A DNA stretch of 41,954 bases, from NCBI GenBank assembly GCA_032718475.1, contig JAUCBJ010001568.1:1-41954 (forward strand). Reading direction: 5' to 3'. The number at the start of each line of letters is the position of its first letter. The stretch's first letter is position 1. A program made the translations under genes and the position numbers. Of this stretch, positions 32,501 to 41,954 are shown in pieces. The notes below the pieces were generated by a model. It ran no database searches and was not told the DNA's origin. It saw nothing but the letters and a program-made list of their open reading frames with translations. The DNA is from Nemertoderma westbladi. Taxonomy: Eukaryota; Animalia; Xenacoelomorpha.

Positions 32501-35332
32501 TCTCCTGTCGGTGTACCAGTATCTGTTGTAGTTGTTGTGTTTCTCTTATAGCGGTGTACCAGTATCTGTTGTAGTTGTTGTGTTTCTCCTATAGCGGTGT
32601 ACCAGTATCTGTTGTAGTTGTTGTGTTTCTCCTATAGCGGTGTACCAGTATCCGTTGTAGTTGTTGTGTTTCTCCTGTCGGTGTACCAGTATCTGTTGTA
32701 GTTGTTGTGTTTCTCCTGTAGCGGTGTACCAGTATCTGTTGTAGTTGTTGTGTTTCTCCTATAGCGGTGTACCAGTATCTGTTGTAGTTGTTGTGTTTCT
32801 CCTGTCGGTGTACCAGTAACTGTTGTAGTTGTTGTGTTTCTCCTGGCGGTGTACCAGTATCTGTTGTAGTTGTTGTGTTTCTCCTGGCAGTGTACCAGTA
32901 TCTGTTGTAGTTGTTGTGTTTCTCCTGTCGGTGTACCAGTATCTGTTGTAGTTGTTGTGTTTCTCCTGTCGGTGTACCAGTATCTGTTGTAGTTGTTGTG
33001 TTTCTCCTGTCGGTGTACCAGTATCTGTTGTAGTTGCTGTGTTTCTCCTATAGCGGTATACCAGTATCTGTTGTAGTTGTTGTGTTTCTCCTATAGCGGT
33101 GTACCAGTATCCGTTGTAGTTGTTGTGTTTCTCCTGTCGGTGTACCAGTATCTGTTGTAGTTGTTGTGTTTCTCCTGTCGGTGTACCAGTATCTGTTGTA
33201 GTTGTTGTGTTTCTCCTGTCGGTGTACCAGTATCTGTTGTAGTTGTTGTGTTTCTCCTATAGCGGTGTACCAGTATCTGTTGTAGTTGTTGTGTTTCTCC
33301 TATAGCGGTGTACCAGTATCTGTTGTAGTTGTTGTGTTTCTCCTGTCGGTGTACCAGTATCTGTTGTAGTTGTTGTGTTTCTCCTGTCGGTGTACCAGTA
33401 TCTGTTGTAGTTGTTGTGTTTCTCCTATAGCGGTGTACCAGTATCTGTTGTAGTTGTTGTGTTTCTCCTATAGCGGTGTACCAGTATCTGTTGTAGTTGT
33501 TGTGTTTCTCCTATAGCGGTGTACCAGTATCCGTTGTAGTTGTTGTGTTTCTCCTGTCGGTGTACCAGTATCTGTTGTAGTTATTGTGTTTCTCCTGTAG
33601 CGGTGTACCAGTATCTGTTGTAGTTGTTGTGTTTCTCCTATAGCGGTGTACCAGTATCTGTTGTAGTTGTTGTGTTTCTCCTGTCGCTGTACCAGTAACT
33701 GTTGTAGTTGTTGTGTTTCTCCTGGCGGTGTACCAGTATCTGTTGTAGTTGTTGTGTTTCTCCTGTCGGTGTACCAGTATCTGTTGTAGTTGTTGTGTTT
33801 CTCCTGTCGGTGTACCAGTATCTATTGTAGTTGCTGTGTTTCTCCTATAGCGGTATACCAGTATCTGTTGTAGTTGTTGTGTTTCTCCTATAGCGGTGTA
33901 CCAGTATCTGTTGTAGTTGTTGTGTTTCTCCTATAGCGGTGTACCAGTATCTGTTGTAGTTGTTGTGTTTCTCCTGTCGGTGTACCAGTATCTGTTGTAG
34001 TTGTTGTGTTTCTCCTATAGCGGTGTACCAGTATATGTTGTAGTTGTTGTGTTTCTCCTATCGGTGTACCAGTATCTGTTGTAGTTGTTGTGTTTCTCCT
34101 ATAGCGGTGTACCAGTATCTGTTGTAGTTGTTGTGTTTCTCCTGTCGGTGTACCAGTATCTGTTGTAGTTGTTGTGTTTCTCCTATAGCGGTGTACCAGT
34201 ATCTGTTGTAGTTGTTGTGTTTCTCCTATAGCGGTGTACCAGTATCTGTTGTAGTTGTTGTGTTTCTCCTATAGCGGTGTACCAGTATCCGTTGTAGTTG
34301 TTGTGTTTCTCCTGTCGGTGTACCAGTATCTGTTGTAGTTATTGTGTTTCTCCTGTAGCGGTGTACCAGTATCTGTTGTAGTTGTTGTGTTTCTCCTATA
34401 GCGGTGTACCAGTATCTGTTGTAGTTGTTGTGTTTCTCCTGTCGCTGTACCAGTAACTGTTGTAGTTGTTGTGTTTCTCCTGGCGGTGTACCAGTATCTG
34501 TTGTAGTTGTTGTGTTTCTCCTGGCAGTGTACCAGTATCTGTTGTAGTTGTTGTGTTTCTCCTGTCGGTGTACCAGTAACTGTTGTAGTTGTTGTGTTTC
34601 TCCTATAGCGGTGTACCAGTATCTGTTGTAGTTGTTGTGTTTCTCCTATAGCGGTGTACCAGTACCTGTTGTTGTTGTTGTTTATCCTATAGCGGTGCAC
34701 CAGTATCCGTTGTAGTTGTTGTGTTTCTCCTGTCGGTGTACCAGTATCTGTTGTAGTTGTTGTGTTTCTCCTATAGCGGTGTACCAGTATATGTTGTAGT
34801 TGTTGTGTTTCTCCTATAGCGGTGTACCAGTACCTGTTGTAGTTGTTGTGTTTCTCCTGTCGGTGTACCAGTATCTGTTGTAGTTGTTGTGTTTCTCCTG
34901 TCAGTGTACCAGTATCTGTTGTAGTTGTTGTGTTTCTCCTATAGCGGTGTACCAGTATATGTTGTAGTTGTTGTGTTTCTCCTATAGCGGTGTACCAGTA
35001 TCTGTTGTAGTTGTTGTGTTTCTCCTGTCGGTGTACCAGTATCTGTTGTAGTTGTTGTGTTTCTCCTGTCAGTGTACCAGTATCTGTTGTAGTTGTTGTG
35101 TTTCTCCTATAGCGGTGTACCAGTATATGTTGTAGTTGTTGTGTTTCTCCTATAGCGGTGTACCAGTTTATCTGTTGTAGTTGTTGTGTTTCTCCTATAG
35201 CGGTGTACCAGTATCTGTTGTAGTTGTTGTGTTTCTCCTATAGCGGTGTACCAGTTTATCTGTTGTAGTTGTTGTGTTTCTCCTATAGCGGTGTACCAGT
35301 ATCTGTTGTAGTTGTTGTGTTTCTCCTTTCAG
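29535..35332. repeat. 41-45-bp satellite array, ~138 units, filling GRAMD4 intron 2 up to the splice acceptor
   Basis: Unit CGGTGTACCAGTATCTGTTGTAGTTGTTGTGTTTCTCCT followed by ATAG or GT; the last unit ends TTTCTCCTTTCAG directly before exon 3. Confidence 0.99.
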
Positions 35333-35498
35333 AGAACAAACAATGGACACATAATCAGGTAGAATACCTCGAGGATCAACTGGGTTTCGAGAAAGAGAGG
35401 AACGCTGCTTTGAATTTCCAGTTGGAGGAATTAGCCAAACTGATTCCCAATGAATCTACAGAAGGATCTCCAATCAGTGAGCCACTTAATATCAATGA
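35333..35498 (+). CDS. GRAMD4: GRAMD4-like coding exon 3 (coiled coil)
   Basis: Phase 1 in, phase 2 out; (K)NKQWTHNQVEYLEDQLGFEKERNAALNFQLEEL...; donor GTAAGT at 35499. Confidence 0.8.
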
Positions 35499-35733
35499 GT
35501 AAGTTATAATTTACAGAACAGAAAACAAAAACTGTCATAGGCAAAATTGTATTAAAACATAATGAATGCAGCTCATTGGTACATATTAAAACACTGTAAA
35601 CCATCTGCAACCTGCTGATATGTATGTACCAGGAATTCACCCGATATACATACCGGTACATAGATAGATAGATAGTGAATACTTTTACAGTAAGAAGTAC
35701 TAACAGTCATCTAATAACGTTTATTATTCATAG

Positions 35734-35945
35734 ATTATATAGCGAAGAATCAAGGACCAAAATAAAAGGATTCTACTATTTGTGTAAAACAAGAGTCGGA
35801 GATATTGTTGATTCTATTGTAGATGAAATTAAAGACCGACTCAGTGACTTTACAGTTGATAATGCTGACATTGATCATCAACATAAAAAAATAGAAGGGG
35901 AACCTTTACACCTAAAGAAATTAAAAGAAAACACAAAAAGGGCAT
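35734..35945 (+). CDS. GRAMD4: GRAMD4-like coding exon 4
   Basis: Acceptor ttcatAG; ...DRLSDF...EGEPLHLKKLKENTKRA resembles GRAMD4 EEPLSARRLTENMRRL (recalled); donor GTAAGT at 35946. Confidence 0.85.
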
Positions 35946-36416
35946 GTAAGTTTTTTGTGTCTGATATACAGTACTGTATTGTATTGTTTTGGTTAGGATA
36001 GCGTGCCTCTGTAACCTGTTCTTTTCCATAAATTGATAATTTATCATTGTGACGACGTATTGAATCGTTGAGATGGGCTTTTCGCCAATATAGAAGGATA
36101 CAGAGCATTTTATGGTTTAAGTAAAGTAAAGTTATCAATCGGTTAACGCGGAACACTAAAAGGCAAAAGGCAGTGTTGGAAACCAAAATATAAATAATTT
36201 TATCTAAAATATTGCACAGTTAGAAAATATACTATTTTGAGATTTAAAAATGAAATTAAACTACGTATTGCATTAATAATTGACCTCACTAACTCTTACC
36301 TCTGAAAATTATACATCGCTGGGTCACAGTGAAATATAACTTTAGTAAGATTAATATTTAAGCAGACAAAAATCCTTTCGTTCTAGGATGATCATTTATC
36401 AATTTATACTTTACAG

Positions 36417-36600
36417 CTGGTAATCTGAAACCAATATTTGAAGAAATCGCCAACGTGGACCATTTACTAATGTGGAATAATCCTACAGCTACAATGATAA
36501 TATTCTCATTATATATTTACTCCTGTTTATATGGCTACTTAGTAACTGTTGTTCTATTTTTGGCGACGCTTTTTCTTATCAAAAACTGGTTAACCTCTAG
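36417..36600 (+). CDS. GRAMD4: GRAMD4-like coding exon 5 (transmembrane region)
   Basis: Acceptor tttacAG; GNLKPIFEEIANVDHLLMWNNPTATMIIFSLYIYSCLYGYLVTVVLFLATLFLIKNWLTSR; donor GTAAGC at 36601. Confidence 0.87.
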
Positions 36601-37033
36601 GTAAGCGTAAGCCTCTACATTCACAACAACGATTTTTATTTGTAAATTGAAATTGTTAAGGTTTAGCCAGAGTAGGCCTATACTCCACAGGAAAAAGGCA
36701 ACCCGTTGGATTATTTTTTTACCCTTCAAAAAAAGTCGATTGATTAAGGAATATAATAAAATAATAAACTGTGAAAATATTTTTGGTGTGAAATATAATT
36801 TTTTAACAAACATTACATGTGGGTGTCAAATGAGTTTTCAACTAGCTTGTGAGAAAAGGAGAGAGTGAAATTCAAGGCTGCCTTTTTTTAAATGGTGTAG
36901 AACACAAAATAGTTCCAGAACTATCTATCAAATCTATTCTTACAAAGTTCCAGAATTTTTTAAAATAAATTCTGACATAGTTACAGAACTATATTTAGAA
37001 ATAAATTCGTAAATATTCGAAATAATTATATTA

Positions 37034-37223
37034 GGCCGCGTTCACACTACCGAGTCAAAGTCAAAATAAAATAAATATAGCTAGCTAGCAATAATAAATA
37101 ATAATACATTATATAGGCCTAATATAATACATAATGGCGTTCTAGAAAAAAATTAATTTCTTGATATTTTTTTTACATTTTGTCTTTTGACTTTGACTTT
37201 GATTCGGTAGTGTGAACGCGGCC
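37034..37223. mobile_element. PIF/Harbinger-type MITE (190 bp) in GRAMD4 intron 5
   Basis: ~31-bp TIRs GGCCGCGTTCACACTACCGA(G/A)TCAAAGTCAAA; TTA on both sides (37031-37033, 37224-37226). The GGCC..GTTCACA terminus is related to the MITE at 940. Confidence 0.88.
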
Positions 37224-37710
37224 TTAAACAAAGCCTTTGATTTATTGGCCAAACCGGCCGAGTCAAGGCCACGGGTATCTCGGGTCTGTGGTACGACTGG
37301 TCGTTCGAGTGGGCGATATGGTGTGGTGTTGGAAACTTAGTCCACTACAATGTAACGACAACGATATAGCACCGCAAAATCCCACCAACACCCAATATAA
37401 TAGTAAACCGGTAATGCAGCTACAATAAACAAGAACTGATAAAAAAAAAACGACCATACAAATTTGACTATACAAAGATTGTACCCTTATGTATATCTGA
37501 ATGGTAGGAAGCACTGAATGCATGATATATACGGTAGGTAGCGAAAAGGGAAGGTTAGTTTGTCCGTTAAAATATAACAAAGAACACTAACTACCTGAAC
37601 CTTTCGCGGACGCTGCCTTTTCGAGGTCGGAGATTTCATATAAAATAACCCCATTCACACAGTGATTGGTTTACCTTTCCTCTTTTTATCTCCTTCATTT
37701 TTTTTCTTAG

Positions 37711-37961
37711 GGGCTGGCGAAGGTACAAACCGAAAGTAACAAACGAAGTCGTCCCTAATAAAGAGGATAAATTGCATTTGGTAATGTCCATAGCGCGAAA
37801 AGTACAGAACATATCGGGTCAGATAGCTGATGGAACAGAAAAAGTGAAAAATGTTTTGATGTGGGAAACTCCGGGTGTAACTAAACGTATATTTTTTCTA
37901 ACTGTTGCTCTAATGGTTGCATCGAGTGTGGTTCCTGGGGGATTTATGGCGAGAGCCGCAG
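37711..37961 (+). CDS. GRAMD4: GRAMD4-like coding exon 6
   Basis: Long pyrimidine tract and AG at 37709-37710. GWRR...DKLHLVMSIARKVQNISGQIADGTEKVKNVLMWETPGVT resembles GRAMD4 KFQLVLDVAQKAQN..ADILEKIKNLFMW (recalled); donor GTTGGT at 37962. Confidence 0.88.
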
Positions 37962-38103
37962 GTTGGTCGCTGATTTGCTGTATTATACCGGTATCGTGTA
38001 GGCCTAGTATTAGTATTTACTGGCGTGAAATACTACAGTATATTGTTCGATTTCCTGGTAACACAGAAGTCATCTTCTCACTAAATGATATTTCAAATAT
38101 CAA

Positions 38104-38313
38104 ATATATACTGTGTATAGCATATATACTGTGTATAGCATATATACTGTGAATAGCATATATACTGTGTATAGCATATATACTGTGTATAGCATATATA
38201 CTGTGTATAGCATATATACTGTGTATAGCATATATACTGTGTATAGCATATATACTGTGTATAGCATATATACTGTGTATAGCATATATACTGTGTATAG
38301 CATATATACTGTG
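38104..38313. repeat. 18-bp minisatellite TATATACTGTGTATAGCA, left part (~11.5 copies)
   Basis: Directly visible; resumes at 40476 after the insertion. Confidence 0.97.
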
Positions 38314-40475
38314 TGATAAACAACCGCGACCTCTATACTAACAGCAGAACTGTTGAACAGACAAATACCCGTATACTCCTCTGCCAACCTAATAAGTTCT
38401 CGTCTAACCAATAAGACACAAAGACTGCTCTACTGTTAAGTAAAGGGGATCAGGAGTGTGCTATTACTAAATTGTAAAGGTTGCTAAATATAAAACCGCT
38501 ACTTACCGTTAGATGGCGCTAATCTGCCGTCCGCTAATATATTTTACTAAATTTACACAGCTCCTGCAAAATCGCTTGTTCCTTTCTCTACCGATTGCTC
38601 GACAGAGAGCTAACTGTTCGAATCTATGAGCCACGCGGGAATAACCAAAACAATAAACCCGAGTCGGCTCCCTAAGCTTACTTAAGACGAGTGCGAGAGG
38701 CTTTGCACTCAGAGTATATTCTTACGTCTAATGTTACTACTATTTGAAGCACGCTATTTTCTACGTCTTTTCTAATCACGAATACTGAGGGTTCCCTAAC
38801 GAAATGTATGAATGCGAGAATATTTAAATTATCAAAATGGTACAGTATTTGTCTCTACGTAGATAGTACCGCTCCGGGTCTAAACTTGCCTGCAGCTGGC
38901 TTTAGGCTAGCAAATTACTAGTGTGTTGTGCGTACTGAATAGTGCGATCTAGCTGATTGCCCGCTAATGCAAATAACCGCTCAGCGTGAATAGTTTACAG
39001 TACCCTAATTATTACTTTAGCTATTCTCCGCTATGCTGCGTACTAATTCTTAATTTTACTAATCAATTACAGTCACAAATATGTAACAGCGTACTAATTA
39101 CTAAGAGTTCCAGAATGCGTAATTCTAATTTATTACACAACAGGTTTCGCTAGTAATAGCCTAAAATGCCGTATTACTTTGACCTAAGCAGCAGTTAATT
39201 GTTATAAACTAAGAAATAGAAATCAATCAAAGGGAAAGGGTGCCTACCTAAGCATTCGTAATCATAGGCACACTTCAGTAACACACCAATCAGCGTCAGC
39301 AATCACAGTTGTGCGATTCACTATTCGTACTCTACACTTCACGCTGTGATACGTGCAGGCCTCTCCCGGATACATATAGGATTCCTAACTAACCCGATTC
39401 TTGCCCCCCTAATACTAACTAGAGACGAAACCTGAATTTATCAGCCCCCTAATTACTGTACCGGCGAATGGTCTGCATGCCACAGTGTGAACTGCCCGAC
39501 CGCAACGGTGACCCCCCGCCAGCGTTGCCCGCTTTTGAATCCTCCGCTCTTCCTTAGTCGCCCAACCCCCCGATGCGCCCACCGCCTACCGGCACCTTAG
39601 CCCTTCATTTATTGAATAGCTACCGTAGCGGCGCATGCAAAATCACAAAGTCTGACAGTCTCAGAAATCCCTTAGGATTATTGCGTAGAAATAAATCACA
39701 TAGAACCATTAACAAAAGAGGTAGAAATCATAGTTCCGGTTGTAATTAGCAGTAATCGATAGGATTAATTGAGAAACGCAATCGAGAATAATAGCACTAG
39801 CAAATCATTTCGAGAAATTAATCGAAAGATAGAAAATTGCAGAAATACGCTAAATTATACTTCTAACTTAATGGTACTAAATATCCGTCGAGAGCAAGGA
39901 CAATGAGAAGGGTTGAACTGAGATAATAGGTGTGAGCTCTACCGGCAAACCGCCAATTTATAGGTGATCCGAGTGGGGTGATGCAATAGGGTGACGCAAT
40001 CGCTCTCCTATTGGCTCTCCAGTCCGCGCTAGCATTAGACCAACCTGGAAGCAGTTAGTCCAATAAGAAGGCCGGATTGTAGCCCTATTGCTCCCCAAAC
40101 CCTCAAATTATTACCATATATGGTAATGGATCATGTCCCTGGCTGCGGAATGGTCAGGATAGCGTCCCTATATGCTAGCCCTATTGAAGCTAATAACAGC
40201 AAGCACAAAATCCAGGGTCCAACTGAACTTGCTACCCTGGAACTATCTACCTATATCCTAATACAAAATTACGTAGGTAGGGCTACATACTATACAAAAT
40301 GGATGAATTCAAAATATATGGGCGTTTTGATTTCCCTATCTAAATATCACCTCGCTATTATGCCTTATCTAAAATATTATGCTGCACAACGGACTAATAT
40401 TGCGTACAGTATAACGGACTAATATATTATACTGCATAATGGCTAATAATGTGTACAGCGCCATATACCGTAACA
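38314..40475 (-). mobile_element. Large solo-LTR-like insertion (2162 bp) splitting the 18-bp minisatellite
   Basis: TG...CA ends flanked by CTGTG (38309-38313, 40476-40480). Minus strand starts TGTTACGG like the 1709 insert; CCAAT boxes at ~40010 and ~40060, TATAAA at 39962-39957, AATAAA at 39613-39608. No gag/pol ORF. Confidence 0.7.
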
Positions 40476-40644
40476 CTGTGTATAGCATATATACTGTGTA
40501 TAGCATATATACTGTGTATAGCATATATACTGTGTATAGCATATATACTGTGTATAGCATATATACTGTGTATAGCATATATACTGTGTATAGCATATAT
40601 ACTGTGTATAGCATATACTGTGAATAGCATATATACTGTGTATA
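40476..40644. repeat. 18-bp minisatellite, right part (~9.5 copies)
   Basis: Same unit as 38104-38313. Confidence 0.97.
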
Positions 40645-41048
40645 TATATTGTTTGTAATATGCAACTAAACACTTATATGAAGCAGTCATTTTATCGCCT
40701 TCAAAAACCACCAAAGGAGTTTGAAAATCTTATACAAATTTTGTTAAAATGTTTTTTACGTAACCAAGTATTTTTGCGACATTTTAACAGTCACAGCTAC
40801 TGCAGTAGCTAGAATGAAGTCAAAATTGCATGACTATGATAAAATAAAGTGTTCCGCGGTGAAGTAAAGTGATATGACGTCGCTAGGGTGCTGTAGGCCT
40901 ACTGTGATCATGATAATGAAACTAGTGCGGCATTTAATTTTTAATTGTAATTTTATTATAATCTCATCACACCACATCTGAGCAACAGGTATGAGGCTCT
41001 CGCCTCTGAAGCAAGCATGTTGATGCCATTAACAAAGCCGATGATAGC

Positions 41049-41826
41049 AGTACCTTACTGATCTAGACTTTGATGATGACTTAGTGGTCCTGTCAGAATC
41101 ACTAGAATGTCAGAATCCAAAGGCTCTTCAGCTCATTCGAACCGGTTGCTTCTACAGTAGTTTGGACCTTTTTGTTAACTCCAAGAAGTCCAAAATATTG
41201 ACAGTTGCTAACTTCGACAGTCCTCAGGCAATGTTTGAGCGGCTGAGCATACGCTCTACGGATGGTGTGCTTGAGCATGTCGATGACTTCTGTTTCCTGG
41301 TGCTGGGATCATGGTCATGGATCCGGAGTTCAGGTGAAGACCGCCGAATACGTAAGGGGAAGGGATGGGCCGCTTTGAATGGGCTGCCCAGGATTTGGAA
41401 GTCCCATAGAGTAAAACTGAATCTCAAGGTTCGATTTTTTAGGAGTAGTAGAACCAGTGCTCTTATATGGGAGTCCATGCTGGGCTCTAACTGATGAGGA
41501 CACCAAATCTCTGGATGGCACATTCACGAGAATGCTACGCTGGGTTCATTGTGTCAAGTACAATGCACACATTTCCAATCAAACACTATAAAACATTGGA
41601 GGTGTCTCATTGGTTCCGCCAAGCTTGACACTAGAACAAAATCGCCTCCGCTTTACAGGACATTGCTTTCTCCGTGAGAACCAGCCAGCGCATAATCTTG
41701 AGCTTTGGCGGCCTCATGATGAAGTGAATAATTTCAATTTTATCTCCAAGCCGGCACAGCACTCTTAATATATATGTAATATCTATAATGCAGCTGCAAT
41801 GCAGCATACCGATAATAGTAGTAGCA
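41049..41826 (+). mobile_element. 5'-truncated RTE-like LINE, same family as 5440-6327, in GRAMD4 intron 6
   Basis: YLTDLDFDDD motif; long nucleotide matches to the DNAI2-intron copy (AGTACCTTACTGATCTAGACTTT, ACACTATA..AACATTGGAGGTGTCTCATTG, AAGCTTGACACTAGAACAAA). Internal deletion near 41720-41745. Confidence 0.88.
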
Positions 41827-41882
41827 ATAGTACAGTAGTATTATAATTTTACTACAGTACCATATCATTGCTTGTTTCTTAG

Positions 41883-41954
41883 GTATCGCTTTAGGATTTA
41901 AGTTGTTCGTAACACGGCCACTTTATCAACGGTATCCCAGATTAAAAACCCGCT
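41883..41954 (+). CDS. GRAMD4: GRAMD4-like coding exon 7 (partial, runs off the window)
   Basis: Acceptor cttgtttcttAG at 41881-41882, phase 1. GIALGFKLFVTRPLYQRYPRLKTR resembles GRAMD4 GIKFFL..KRCPRLRAKYD (recalled). Confidence 0.85.

Noticed and set aside
34269-34700. Thr/Gln/Asn-rich mucin-like ORF on the minus strand
   Set aside because: Chance open frame in the 41-45-bp satellite.
8133-35332. CRISPR interpretation of the 24-, 43-, 44- and 56-bp arrays
   Set aside because: Units are head-to-tail with no unique spacers, there are no cas genes, and the context is spliceosomal eukaryotic DNA.
29535-35332. Canonical recursive-splicing (AG|GT ratchet) sites in the intronic array
   Set aside because: The decoy AGs are followed by CG, not GT, so no donor is regenerated directly; the nearby GTGTAC is a poor donor.
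38093-40714. YICYTQ/VYMLYT/CIAYIL repeat ORFs and the 100-aa ORF at 40120-40422
   Set aside because: Translations of the 18-bp minisatellite; the 40120 ORF shows no gag, pol or other motif.

Overview
Animal (probably invertebrate) nuclear DNA; there is no prokaryotic operon or CRISPR array. Three intron-containing genes can be built from GT-AG junctions with consistent phases. (1) A CD225/dispanin-family membrane protein on the minus strand (exons 509-315 and 198-82, continuing off the left edge). (2) A complete, intron-poor dynein axonemal intermediate chain 2 gene, DNAI2 (join 4554-5210, 6532-7221, 7430-7825; 580 aa). (3) A GRAMD4-like gene (7 coding exons from 28505, continuing off the right edge). 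About 45% of the window is tandem repeat: a 12.3 kb 24-bp palindromic satellite just downstream of DNAI2 (source of the 3820-aa ORF), a 5.8 kb 41-45-bp satellite in GRAMD4 intron 2, and 18-, 44- and 56-bp minisatellites. The remainder is rich in transposon relics: four RTE-type LINE fragments, two PIF/Harbinger-type MITEs, two TG..CA solo-LTR-like inserts with 5-bp TSDs, a third LTR-like promoter region, a 1.08 kb foldback element and a nested-hairpin element. Most notable observations: the intronic satellite is built from the gene's own 3' splice acceptor; the 24-bp array has Helitron-like boundaries; a 15-7-15 hairpin occurs in two loop orientations; and TACWGTA/TAGGCCTA motifs look enriched, like excision footprints. 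All family assignments are from motif recognition by eye, with no database searches.
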